Position numbers and translations under genes: made by a program | Shown: positions 50,561-61,111 of the stretch, one piece after another | How positions within the stretch are numbered: position 1 is the first letter of the stretch | Layout: the number at the start of each line of letters is the position of its first letter | Assembly: GCA_965203275.1 (NCBI GenBank) | Contig: OZ241865.1 | Location: forward strand, 1,760,001 to 1,824,000 | DNA: 64,000 nucleotides | Source: Bdellovibrionales bacterium | Lineage (GTDB): Bacteria > Bdellovibrionota > Bdellovibrionia > Bdellovibrionales > JAUICD01 | Direction of reading: 5' to 3' | Notes under the pieces: model-generated | What the model was told of the DNA's origin: nothing | Databases searched by the model: none | The model's input: only the letters and a program-made list of their open reading frames with translations

Positions 50561-50765
50561 TTATTTATCTAGAGCATTAAGCCTCTCGCCGTGTTTTTCT
50601 AGCTTGTCATCGATTTTGTCAAACTTCCTGTCGTGCCTGTCTATTCTATCGTTTACCCTTTCCAATTCCTTATCTATTTTATTAAACTTGACTATAAACT
50701 CCTTTATCTTTAAAGCTATTCCTGCAATAACCCCAAAAAATTTTTCATTATGCTACTTCTTTCAT
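50561..50765 (-). pseudogene. Disrupted small coiled-coil protein gene
   Basis: Minus strand reads EKFFGVIAGIALKIKEFIVKFNKIDKELERVNDRIDRHDRKFDKIDDKLEKHGERLNALDK*, with the start codon out of frame. Confidence 0.5.
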
Positions 50766-50934
50766 GTTCTCTCTTGTTTCATTCAAAATGTGTTCATTAT
50801 ATTCTACAAGAAAGTCAAGGGGGTCTATTCCATCGTCTACAAGACAAGAGATAATCCATTTAAACGTTTTCGGATGTTTGCAAAAAATCTTTAACAAAAA
50901 TAAGAAAAAATATTAAATTTTTCAGTAGGTTGCT

Positions 50935-52262
50935 CCTGAGGTTGATAGCCTGCAAAAATAAAGTTGTGAGATTTCAGTAGGTTAAAAGTTTGTCTGTTTT
51001 TTACTCTTTCGAATTGTGACTTTTATACAAAAGTCACAATATTAAGTTACTAGAATCACTGGATTTCCAATTTTTAAATACCTTTTAAATACCCTTTTCT
51101 TAACCTTTTAGAAAAAAATCTAAAAAGACGAACGTCTTCTTTCCCTAACATTTCACTCAAAATGCATCATGCCTCTGGCATGTTTTCTGGCAGTTAGCCC
51201 GACGGCTACCGCCGTCGATCAAAGGCTAACTGCCTAGAAAATCCATTTATTTTGAGTAGGGAGGATCCTTTTATTCCTTTACACCATGTTAAGGAAATTT
51301 TTCTTTTATTGTCTTAAGAGCAAACAAGTTTACAAATGAAACTCTTTTTCCCTAACATTGTCTTTATCCGGGATCTGGGATCCGGCAACCCGCCATCGGG
51401 CAGACAGCTATCAAAAAGAACTTTTTCCTTAACATGTAGTTAAGAGACGAGGAGATCCTCCCCTACTCAAAATGCATAGATTTTTGAGGCAATGACCATT
51501 TTGTCAAAGGCGAAAGCCTTTGCGGTCATTGCCCAAAAACATGCCAGAGGCATGATGCATTTTGAGTGAAAATAAAGTCATAACTTTGAACCTCCCTTTA
51601 TATCTTTAAACATAATACTTAATAATAACTTAATTTCCAATAATCTGTCCTCCAAGAAACATTATATTATAACTTAGTCAAAAAACCAACCAGAAAGTGA
51701 CCAGAGGTCAGAGCACTTTTAGTGAAACAGAGGTGTGGCTCATTTTGAGTGAAACAACTCCCTAACCCCACCCCCCGCCCTCTAATTCTGCTTTTTTATC
51801 TTATTTATGTATGAGTGGAATGCGGGTGCAGGCTTCCGAAGTCCTCAACCTTCGCTTGCTTTTGAGGAGCAAGCGGGTCTGCGGAAGATCTCCAGCCTGC
51901 CCCCGCCTCCCACTCATAATACTCATGCTTTTTTGAAAATTACGCAGAATCTAAAAGAGAATAAAAAAAAACAAAAAAGAACTTTTTCCTTAACATTTCA
52001 CTCAAAATGAGCCACACCTCTGGTGTGTTTTTGGGCATTGCTCTGACAGCTATCGCTGTCTAAAAAGAGCAATGCCTCAAAAAACTGCTCATTTTGAGTA
52101 GGGCGAATCTCCTTTCTTCTTGACACCATGTTAAGGAAAAAGTGCTTTTATTGCCTTAAGAGCAAGCGGGTCTGCGGAAGATCTCCAGCCTGCCTCCGCC
52201 TCCCACTCATAATATTTATATTTTTTTTGAAAATTACGCAGAATCTAAAAGAGAATAAAAAA
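50935..52262. repeat. Solo IS1634-like end (50935-50985) and mosaic structured-repeat cluster 5
   Basis: Full units 51153-51297, 51421-51570 (rev) and 51997-52140; palindrome module 51015-51060; GC-rich hairpin 51811-51917. Confidence 0.9.
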
Positions 52263-52266
52263 CGCA

Positions 52267-52295
52267 AAAAGCCCTCGTGGTGATGAGGGCTTTTT
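52267..52295 (-). terminator. Rho-independent (bidirectional) terminator
   Basis: aaaagccctc-gtggtgat-gagggcttttt downstream of the OMP gene. Confidence 0.8.
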
Positions 52296-52354
52296 AATTT
52301 GTAAAAGAAGAAGAAAATTATGAAAATGGTTTTTTGTTTGAATGTGGTTGTTTG

Positions 52355-53125
52355 CTAGCCAAAGAACCAACCAACACCTAATGTTACATATAAACCATTG
52401 AACTTAAGCTTTTTAGTTTTAGCATCTTCACCTGTACCTTCTCTAGCTAAGGAAGTAGCACTACAATCGGCTAGAGCAACATCACCGGTGGCTGTTTGGC
52501 ATTTTAAATCACCAAATGAAAGCAGATCATAACCTGCTTCGACTTTAGCTAAAAGATTTTGATTGATCTTATAACCTAGCTCCAAGCCTGCTTGACCGCC
52601 AATAGATTGCCATAAAAATTGCCTACTCTTAATTTCGTAATTAACATTAGTAGGAGCAATACCACTATGTGAATAGACTAGAGACTTCCAAATATCTAAA
52701 CCTACAACGGCCCCTACAAAAAACTGATCCAAATGAAATCTGTAATTCAATAAGAGAGCGACACGATGATGAGTGAATTTATATTTATCATCAGCAGAAG
52801 GAGTATCATTTCCACCTGCATCTACAGGGTCTTTTTCGCCTGTAAAGGCCAAACGATAACGGACACCTAATCCTAAGCTAGCTGCATCCATCATTTGACG
52901 ATATAAAACATCTGCCCCTAAATGAAAAGGACGATTTTTCTGTTTGGCATTAGGGATGCCTGATCCTTCACCTCTTACTTCATCAAGATTCAATTCCCCA
53001 AAATTCATACCAAAATGAGCAGAAAACTCAGCATTTCCTAAAGCTGTATCAGCTAAGCTAAAACTGCCCAGAAAAACAGCTACATACATTAAACTTTTTA
53101 TTTGTTTTAAATTGAGACTTAACAT
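52355..53125 (-). CDS. Outer-membrane beta-barrel protein
   Basis: Signal peptide, alternating amphipathic strands, C-terminal GLYVTLGVGWFFG. Confidence 0.8.
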   Translation of the reverse strand: MLSLNLKQIKSLMYVAVFLGSFSLADTALGNAEFSAHFGMNFGELNLDEVRGEGSGIPNAKQKNRPFHLGADVLYRQMMDAASLGLGVRYRLAFTGEKDPVDAGGNDTPSADDKYKFTHHRVALLLNYRFHLDQFFVGAVVGLDIWKSLVYSHSGIAPTNVNYEIKSRQFLWQSIGGQAGLELGYKINQNLLAKVEAGYDLLSFGDLKCQTATGDVALADCSATSLAREGTGEDAKTKKLKFNGLYVTLGVGWFFG

Positions 53126-53788
53126 AATAAGTACCCCCTAATAATGTTAGTTAAATTTTTAATTTATACATAATAAACAATTACCGACCTCCATGTCAAT
53201 AATAACTGCACCTTATGTTTAATTACAAATACCTTATTACTTTATCGACATGGACCTAAATTAATTAAAATTTATTTTATGTTTTTTCACGCATATAACA
53301 CTCCTTTGCTTTGATTTTCGGTTTATTCTTTAAATCCTTAAAATTAAAGGATTATCCTTTACATTATTAATTAATTCATTTTGTATCATTTTGCAACACT
53401 TTTTTATTTATATTTTTTATTTATACAAGATAACTTCTCATTTGTTGTTATATTCTAATAAACTTGATATTTTCTCTTTAAAATCAAATAATCCACAAAC
53501 TAAACAATAAATACTCTATCCTTATTACACCTTCACAATATCTCTTTTTAGCTTAAAACCTTGCTTTTAAGCAAGGTTTTATTAAATTTGATTTATAGAT
53601 TTTATTTTAATCACTTATATATTTACTACCTTAACCTTTAAAAACTTTCAGTCATAACCTTATATAAACATATTTATATTCATTGTACAAGCAATTTTAA
53701 AATTAATTCATTTTAAAACAGCTTTTTATATCATCATATCACAAAAAATACTACATAAGTGTCTCTTTTTGATACATTTCGTTCATTT

Positions 53789-54300
53789 TTCACTAAAAGT
53801 GGTCTGACCTCTGGTCACTTTTGGGCAATGACCGCAAAGGCTTTCGCCTTTGACAAAATGGTCATCTGGTTCACTAAAAGTAAACCAGCCTCTGGCTACT
53901 TTTGGGTAGCCAGCCGAAGGCTATTCGCCTTCTTAAATGCTGGCTACCTCAAAAGTCCGTTTACTTTTAGTAGAGAGGATATCCTCATTTTTTAACACGA
54001 TGTTAAGGAAACAAGATATCCATTCCCGGGATCAGGCAATCAGGCATCCCGGGTCCCGGAATCTGATGCCAAGTCCCAGATTAACACAAAGTTCCTTTAT
54101 CGCAACTCGCATGCTCCCTAAAAACATTTTAGAAGCATATCTTGTTTCCCTAACATGGTGTCAGAAGCAAGGAGATCCGCTCTACTCAAAATGAGCAGAT
54201 TTTTGAGGTATTGCTCTTTTTAGACAGCGATAGCTGTCAGAGCAATGCCCAAAAACACACCAGAGGTGTGGCTCATTTTGAGTGAGAAAAGTTCCTTCTT
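53789..54300. repeat. Mosaic structured-repeat cluster 6
   Basis: Truncated unit 53789-53866; full units 53870-54012 and 54146-54285 (rev); heptamers between. Confidence 0.9.
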
Positions 54301-54417
54301 TGTCAAGCTGACTTTAATTAAAAAACATGATTTTTATATAATATCAAGTGAAAAAATCATTTTTTTTATTAAAACATTAAAAATTATTGAAAATTGAAAA
54401 TAATGGCACATTTTGAA

Positions 54418-55455
54418 TTATTTTGCCTTGTTTTTTGATTGACTTTTTTCAGAAAGTAAAAGCTCTATAAACATCAACAATAAAGCTATGGCTAATAAGA
54501 TTTGAAACTGCTCTTGATAATTAACAATTTGCTCTTCTTCAAATTCTCTTTGCTCTAGTTGATTAAGAGCGTCAACCAATAACTCCACCTCATCCCCTTG
54601 AAAGCTAGCATAAGTAAAATGCCCCTGCCCTACAGAAGCTAACTGCTGTAATAACTTATCTTGCACCTGAGATAAAACAATATTTGTAGCTTTGTCTTTT
54701 TTATAACCTATAAACTGACCAAACTGATCTTTCATAGGTATAGGTACAGGTTTGTCCATCCCTACAGCTATTGTATAAATATGTAATCCCATATCTGCAA
54801 GGGTTCTGGCTGTCTCTAAAGCTCCTTCTTCATTATCCTCTCCATCGGAAATAATAATAATCACCCGACTTGTATGCTTTGTTTTAGGACCTGTATCCTC
54901 CTGCTCAAAACTGCTAGCAGCAATATTTAATGCTGGTGCAAATTGTGTCCCCTGTGTACTCATCAAAGAGGTTGAAATAGCATCAATATACATAGCCAGT
55001 GTGGAATAATCAGAAGTCAAAGGTGATATCAAAACAGCCGAACCAGCAAATGCCACAAGCCCTGCCCTATGACCTGCTAATTTATCTAAAATCCTCTTAA
55101 GAGTTTTTTGAGCTAAGTCCAATCGGTTGGGTTTAATATCCTCTGCTAACATACTCAAAGACACATCAATAGCAAAGATGATTTCAATGCCTGATCTTTG
55201 AATTTTTTCCGCAGTTCCTTCAAACTGAGGCCTTGCATAAGCCATCACCAATAAAGTAAAAACTAAACACTCTAAAATCCACTTAATGTTTTGCTTCCTC
55301 ACAGAAAGTGTCTTGATTAAAGAAGGCAAGCTCTTACCAAATAAAAGCTTTATTCTTTTTTGTTGCCTCTGACTAAAAAAAATCACAAGAGGGATAAAAG
55401 CAACAAGTAACCAAAGTAAATGCAAGGCCTGAAAAGATTCAAATCGAAAGTTCAT
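54418..55455 (-). CDS. batB: vWA domain protein BatB-like (start ATG 55455 overlaps batA stop)
   Basis: ARPQF, DVSLSMLAEDIKPNRL, GLVAFAG, PLTSD, ISDGED. Confidence 0.82.
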   Translation of the reverse strand: MNFRFESFQALHLLWLLVAFIPLVIFFSQRQQKRIKLLFGKSLPSLIKTLSVRKQNIKWILECLVFTLLVMAYARPQFEGTAEKIQRSGIEIIFAIDVSLSMLAEDIKPNRLDLAQKTLKRILDKLAGHRAGLVAFAGSAVLISPLTSDYSTLAMYIDAISTSLMSTQGTQFAPALNIAASSFEQEDTGPKTKHTSRVIIIISDGEDNEEGALETARTLADMGLHIYTIAVGMDKPVPIPMKDQFGQFIGYKKDKATNIVLSQVQDKLLQQLASVGQGHFTYASFQGDEVELLVDALNQLEQREFEEEQIVNYQEQFQILLAIALLLMFIELLLSEKSQSKNKAK

Positions 55456-56459
55456 GGTCCTATCCTCACAAAAATATGCCTTAAAAGAAGCGACAAACCT
55501 AGAAGCCATAAAGCCCAGTGCAAATAAGGTTGAAAGCTCTCTTGGTAAAACATAAAGCTTTGAGTTTCGATCTCGGATTTTTCTAATTGATCGATCGCAG
55601 AAAAAATTTCTCCAAGAGCTTGATGATTTGTTGCCCTAAAATACTTACCGCCTGTTTGAGTTGCTAACCGAGTTAAAAGCTCATCATTAACTTTACTGTG
55701 AATGCTCTGGTAAGCCTTTCGCTTATTGCCAAATATGTCTTGATAATAAACAGGGATTTTAGCCATGCCGTCCTTCCCAACACCAATCGTATAAATACGT
55801 AAACCATAACCCTTTGCCATATCCAATGCTGTTTCAGGGTCAATCGTTCCACTGTTATTCTCTCCATCAGTCAGTAAAATCACCACACGACTTTCTGCCT
55901 TTGAATCTTTTAATCGTCCTACACTGTTAGCCAAAGCTACACCAATAGCTGTCCCCATTTTAACAGATGAAATAGTTTGGACACTTTTTAGTCTTTCTAA
56001 AAGTACAACATAATCTAAGGTCAAAGGCACTTGTGTAAAAGCCTCCCCTGAAAAAAGCACTAACCCCATACGATCAGAAATTCTATTTTGAATAAATTCT
56101 TCAATGATTCTTTTAGCAGATTCTAAACGGCTATGAGGATTCATGTCTTCAATTAACATAGAATCAGAAATATCCAGAGCAATGACAATATCAATGCCTT
56201 CCACATCTTGAGAAATATGAGTTTGAGAGATGCGAGGACGAGCTAATGCTATGATGATCAAAATCATAACAAGTATTTTTAAAATTAAAGGACATTCTGA
56301 TAAATAAGAACGGAAACCCTTAGGAACATCCTTAAAAACTCTAACATAACTATATTGTAAAGTTGAAATTCTTGTGTGTCTTTTGTAAAATAAAAACAAC
56401 ACAAGCAGAGTCAAAGGAATAAAAGCTATAAACCACAAAGGGGAAAACCATTCAATCAT
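55452..56459 (-). CDS. batA: vWA domain protein BatA-like
   Basis: ALARP, EGIDIVIALDISDSM, GTAIGVAL, LLTDGENNSG, TGGKYFRA. Confidence 0.88.
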   Translation of the reverse strand: MIEWFSPLWFIAFIPLTLLVLFLFYKRHTRISTLQYSYVRVFKDVPKGFRSYLSECPLILKILVMILIIIALARPRISQTHISQDVEGIDIVIALDISDSMLIEDMNPHSRLESAKRIIEEFIQNRISDRMGLVLFSGEAFTQVPLTLDYVVLLERLKSVQTISSVKMGTAIGVALANSVGRLKDSKAESRVVILLTDGENNSGTIDPETALDMAKGYGLRIYTIGVGKDGMAKIPVYYQDIFGNKRKAYQSIHSKVNDELLTRLATQTGGKYFRATNHQALGEIFSAIDQLEKSEIETQSFMFYQESFQPYLHWALWLLGLSLLLRHIFVRIGP

Positions 56460-57463
56460 ATATTGTCCTTTTTTTTCTGAGATGCAATTTCATTAGCAAG
56501 GCTTTTAGATAAAGATAAATTTTGATAGCATTCTTCTTGAGATGGAATGTCTTTTGTGGATTGACTGCTACGATCAAGCTCGTAAAGCATATTCTTTATA
56601 CGATTTAAAAGCTCTGAATGGAGTTTGGCCTTTTTAAGATATTTTGAAGATTTTTGCAAAGACCAAATATGTGCTGGAAAGTGCATTTCCACAGCTAAAA
56701 ACCTACGAAAAATATCATTGAGTTTTATACAAAAAGTATACCTGTTATCTTGATCTACCTGTTGGCTTTCTTGCTCTTGCTTTTGCTCTTGCTCGCTAGA
56801 AGACTGAATATCATTTAACAAAGAGTTTTTTATTCCACTGTTGAGGGTTGTGGGCATATTCAAATATTTTTTTTCTAACTGCTTTGCTTTATGATGAAAC
56901 TCATAAATAGGGCTACGCAGTGTTTTAAGATTTGCAATATCGTTAAATTCTTTTTTTCTTTTGTGCATTTTTCTGGCAATCCAAATGAAGCTACCTAAAA
57001 GCAATAACAAACTACCAATCCAAAGAGCTATTTCCCAATAAGGTAAAGGCATTTTGACAAAACCATACAAAGGATTGATTTGTATTTGAGATGTATCATG
57101 GCTTGCTTTTTGGGGTAAGGAGGATTTAACTTGCCATGAAATGCCTTTGAGTTCAATAAGAGTTTGGTCTTTTTGTAGAAACAACCCTTGATTATAATTT
57201 CCTGGAATATAAGAGGTCACTTCTATCAGAAACACTTGATCTGAATCTGAAGAAGATATAACCTTAAGAGGTTTTAAAATATACTGTGACCAAGGATGGT
57301 CTTTTAAAATAATAGATATATCTTCTATTGTTATATTATTAGAAATAATGTTTTCCATAGAGTTTTTATTAGAACATTGTAGGTAAAATTTTTCACCTAC
57401 AGTGAGACCTTCAAGGGAAGGGCCAAAAGGCCCTTGAGGTGTATGAGATACTTGGCAGTCCAT
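56456..57463 (-). CDS. Membrane-anchored protein of the bat operon
   Basis: Single TM; usual position between DUF58 and batA; ATGA overlap. Confidence 0.65.
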   Translation of the reverse strand: MDCQVSHTPQGPFGPSLEGLTVGEKFYLQCSNKNSMENIISNNITIEDISIILKDHPWSQYILKPLKVISSSDSDQVFLIEVTSYIPGNYNQGLFLQKDQTLIELKGISWQVKSSLPQKASHDTSQIQINPLYGFVKMPLPYWEIALWIGSLLLLLGSFIWIARKMHKRKKEFNDIANLKTLRSPIYEFHHKAKQLEKKYLNMPTTLNSGIKNSLLNDIQSSSEQEQKQEQESQQVDQDNRYTFCIKLNDIFRRFLAVEMHFPAHIWSLQKSSKYLKKAKLHSELLNRIKNMLYELDRSSQSTKDIPSQEECYQNLSLSKSLANEIASQKKKDNI

Positions 57464-57493
57464 AAAATCTTTTAGTCGTCATTTGAGGTTTTA

Positions 57494-58480
57494 TTATTTT
57501 CTTTTACGTCTTCTAAAATAATTCACTAGTGGAGCAACTAAGTCTTGATTTGATTTAATTTCAATAATATCAACATTAGCTTTTTTTAAATTATACAGGC
57601 ACTTTTTGTGTCTATCTATGGCTTTATTTTGGTATTGTTTTCTCACAATGGGGTCTGATGTATCTACTATCATTATTTGATTTGTTTCTGGATCTTGGAT
57701 ATGAGTTAAGCCTATTAAAGGTAGGTTTATTTCTGTAGGGTCTGTGACTTGTACAGCAACAACGTCATGCTTTTGAGCTAGTATAGATAAGCTTTTTTCA
57801 AAATTTTGATCTAAAAAATCAGAAAAAATAAATAGTGATGATCTTTTTTTAAGAACATTCATCAGGTATTCAAAAACTTCACTTAAATGAGTGCCTTTTT
57901 GTTGAGGGATAAAGTATAAAATATCATGCAAAATTTGATATATATGTTGTCGGCTTTTTTTAGGAGGTAAAAAATGCTCTACTTGATTTGAAAATAAAAG
58001 CAACCCTACGCAATCTTTGTTTTTAATAGCGGTCAAAGCAAGCATTGCAGATAGCTGAGTCATAATGTCTTTTTTTAAGTGGGGGCCAGCTCCATAATCA
58101 GATGAACCACTTACATCTACGACAAGTATCATAGTGAGTTCTCTCTCTTCGTCATATTTTTTTATATAAGGTTTACCTGCTTTAGCTGTGAGGTTCCAGC
58201 TAATATGGCGAATATCATCGCCAGGGATATATTGTCTGAAATCAGCAAAAGTCATCCCCTGCCCTTTAAAGCTTGTTTTGTACTCTCCTGCAAATAGAGA
58301 ACTCACTAGCTTTTTGACATTGATCTCTAATAATTTAACTTGTTTTAAAAACTCATTGGAAAAGGCTGGTCTCTTAGAGCTGGACATCTTTGATGTAAGT
58401 GTTTCTGATAATTGTTGGGTTGTTTTGTTTTTTTTAAAAAACATATTCATTTTGTTTATTCCCTTAAAAGTAAAAAGCAT
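57494..58480 (-). CDS. DUF58 domain-containing protein
   Basis: FKGQGMTFADFRQYIPGDDIRHISWN, EERELT, DVSGS, FSDF. Confidence 0.92.
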   Translation of the reverse strand: MLFTFKGINKMNMFFKKNKTTQQLSETLTSKMSSSKRPAFSNEFLKQVKLLEINVKKLVSSLFAGEYKTSFKGQGMTFADFRQYIPGDDIRHISWNLTAKAGKPYIKKYDEERELTMILVVDVSGSSDYGAGPHLKKDIMTQLSAMLALTAIKNKDCVGLLLFSNQVEHFLPPKKSRQHIYQILHDILYFIPQQKGTHLSEVFEYLMNVLKKRSSLFIFSDFLDQNFEKSLSILAQKHDVVAVQVTDPTEINLPLIGLTHIQDPETNQIMIVDTSDPIVRKQYQNKAIDRHKKCLYNLKKANVDIIEIKSNQDLVAPLVNYFRRRKRK

Positions 58481-58483
58481 TTT

Positions 58484-59914
58484 TTAATTTCTTAAGTTTT
58501 GTAGACGCATATTTCTATAATCTAAAAGTCTTTTTTGTAGCTCATAACACTGAGAACATACTTCAAAGTCGTTGATAGTTTTTCTTATCTCTATAAGTTC
58601 AAATAATACGTTTAAAAACTCATAACGATCATAATCTTCTACAAAGGCTCTGGCATGTTTTTTTGCTATTTCTGCTTCTAGTTCATTTTTTTTCATTGTA
58701 AAATGTTCAAGAACTTCATTTAAAATATGATATTGATTTCTTAAATTTTTATCCTCTATGCCTGTAGAAAATACCTCTCGTATTTCGTCAACTCTTTGTT
58801 TGACGCTCCAATACTCATTGAGATGATGTTCTAAATAAATATTAAATTCCTGTTCTAATAAATTATGCTCAATACTTCCAGGAGTCAAACGAGATATTGC
58901 ATCTAATTTATTAATGATTCTTGAGCGATAATTGTGTAAGCGAGTAGGCCAAAAGCTTTGCTGTATATTATTAAACATTGTTCCTGTTAAGTCAACTAAA
59001 GTAGAGTTATTAGCAGCCTGAATTGTAGCTTGTTGGGTTTTATGTTCTTCTCGAATACGACTGTAGAAATAAAGCCCTGTAGGGAGAGCTATTCCAGCTG
59101 TGCCACCTGCCCATATCCACTTGTGTCTTTTAACGTTGTCAGCTAAGAAGTCATAACGGCTTTTTAAAATTTTAGATACTCTTGTGTTAGATAAAACTTG
59201 ATAAAATGACCTTCGAGAAAGTGCATTTAAAGCAAGCCTTAAAGATTTGAATAACATCCCTCCTGTCAAGAATGATATACTGATCCCTGTAAAAGCTCCT
59301 GCTTGAGTTATATTTCTGTCTAAATCTAAAATAATATCTTTCATGGTATGAGCAAATTGCTCTGTGTCATTGTATTGATAGTACTTAGCACAATCTATAA
59401 GCCCTTCCTTAAATGTAGGTCTATTGACTAAATAAATGAGATATTGTGTCAAGCGGGGCCAAAATGTATCACCATGATAGAGAGGTCCTATGTTTAAAAG
59501 TGGCGGGAAAAAAAGTAAATGGTTACCTGCACTGAAAAAAGCACGAGCTTGAATCAAAGCCCATTCTTGGCTACCTTCTGTGATCAATTTTGCTTTATGG
59601 CTATTTGTCATTTCTGGATGAACAGGTGTATCATTGAGTATAGCTTTGACCCATCCATCGATAGACATAAAGTTTTTAGTATTGGTCATCAAGGAGTGAC
59701 AAAGAGCCTGAGCCTTTCTATAGGCGACGGCTTCTAAATAGACAGCAAACTCAGGAGTAATGTTGGATTGACAGTAGAGTTGATCTCCTGGGCATTGAGC
59801 TTCTGCTATTTGGTAAAGCTCTACACTATTGAGTTCTTGACTGAAGCTCTGTGTGGATATTATTAAACTTAAGGTTAAAATAAATAATTTTTTCTGTTTC
59901 ATTTTTTTACTCAA
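58484..59914 (-). CDS. Hypothetical exported protein
   Basis: 476-aa ORF, signal peptide, two Gly-rich hydrophobic segments. Confidence 0.7.
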   Translation of the reverse strand: MSKKMKQKKLFILTLSLIISTQSFSQELNSVELYQIAEAQCPGDQLYCQSNITPEFAVYLEAVAYRKAQALCHSLMTNTKNFMSIDGWVKAILNDTPVHPEMTNSHKAKLITEGSQEWALIQARAFFSAGNHLLFFPPLLNIGPLYHGDTFWPRLTQYLIYLVNRPTFKEGLIDCAKYYQYNDTEQFAHTMKDIILDLDRNITQAGAFTGISISFLTGGMLFKSLRLALNALSRRSFYQVLSNTRVSKILKSRYDFLADNVKRHKWIWAGGTAGIALPTGLYFYSRIREEHKTQQATIQAANNSTLVDLTGTMFNNIQQSFWPTRLHNYRSRIINKLDAISRLTPGSIEHNLLEQEFNIYLEHHLNEYWSVKQRVDEIREVFSTGIEDKNLRNQYHILNEVLEHFTMKKNELEAEIAKKHARAFVEDYDRYEFLNVLFELIEIRKTINDFEVCSQCYELQKRLLDYRNMRLQNLRN

Positions 59915-59933
59915 AATACATTATGCCATCTTT

Positions 59934-60140
59934 TTCACTAAAAGTAAACTGACTTCTGGCCACTTTCTGGCGATGACCACTTTTAGTAGGGAGGATATCT
60001 TCGTTTCTTAACCACATGTTAAGGAAACAAGATGTTCACTCCCGGGATCTGGGATCCGGCAATCAGGCATCCCGGATTCCGGAATCTGATGCCGGGTCCC
60101 AGATCCCAGATCCCGGATTTACACCATGTTAAGGAAAAAA
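59934..60140. repeat. Mosaic structured-repeat cluster 7
   Basis: Internally deleted unit, heptamers 60041-60117, two tgttaaggaaa motifs. Confidence 0.85.
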
Positions 60141-60285
60141 GGGCTTGATAGAAATAGTAAATTTTACCTTCTAACCCTGTAAATTCTGCTTGCTTTTAAA
60201 AAGCTTGACATGGTAATCAATCGATTATAAAATAATAAAAACACTTGTGGATTATTATAATAGAATAGATTGAGGGCAAGAGGCT

Positions 60286-60996
60286 ATGGGGGCAGATATG
60301 GCTAATCAAAACAACAAAAAGAAAAAAGAATCTGATCATACACCTGAAGCAGTGTGGAAGGCACTGAAAGAAGTTATTGCTGTGCAGAAAAATCTAGCTC
60401 AAAAAATAGACGAGACACGTCAAAATATAGACAAGGTGAGTAAAGAGACACGGCAAAGTATAGACAAAGTAAGTAAACAGACACAGCAAAATATAGACAA
60501 AGTGACAAGACAGACAGCAAATAATATTAATAAATTAAGAGGTGATTGGGATCATAGATGGGGTGATTTTGTAGAGATTCTTATTTCTGACAATGTAGAA
60601 AGGCTATTTGAAGATTATGGGATCATCAAAGGCAAGGTAGAAACTGTCAATAAAAGAGTTTATCGCTCTGCGAATGGTATCACTCTGTTTGAGTTTGATT
60701 CTATCACCATCAATGGTGACAAAGTCATTATAACAGAAGCTAAAAGGACAATGACAAAAACAAAAGTAAAAAAATTTATTAAAAAAGTACAAAGTTTTCT
60801 GGCTATCAAAGACAATGAATTTTCCAATAAAAAAGTTTACATTGCTATAGGTTATTTAAAAGCAGACAATGAGAAGCTCCTTATCAAATATGCAGAGAGA
60901 CAGGGATTATTTGTGATTAAGGCAGTTGGTGACAGTGCTAAACTTGTGAATTCACCTCAAACTTTCAAACCCAAGCAAGTGAACTTAAATTTGTAA
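60286..60996 (+). CDS. Coiled-coil protein with C-terminal PD-(D/E)XK-like domain
   Basis: 11-aa repeats (TRQNIDKVSKE), then WGDFVE...EFDSITINGDKVIITEAK...YAERQGLFVI. Confidence 0.7.
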   Translation: MGADMANQNNKKKKESDHTPEAVWKALKEVIAVQKNLAQKIDETRQNIDKVSKETRQSIDKVSKQTQQNIDKVTRQTANNINKLRGDWDHRWGDFVEILISDNVERLFEDYGIIKGKVETVNKRVYRSANGITLFEFDSITINGDKVIITEAKRTMTKTKVKKFIKKVQSFLAIKDNEFSNKKVYIAIGYLKADNEKLLIKYAERQGLFVIKAVGDSAKLVNSPQTFKPKQVNLNL

Positions 60997-61111
60997 TTCT
61001 TTGAATTTGTAATTTCCTGCTCCATCACATCAAACTCGCCTACCTTTAAACTTGAGTTTGATAGATGATTTCATTGAGTTGATTTATGTAGTTTCTATTG
61101 AACTATAATTT

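Noticed and set aside
50529..50894. 121-aa plus-strand ORF; likewise 61098..61397
   Set aside because: Ser/Leu-rich antisense shadows of minus-strand coiled-coil sequences
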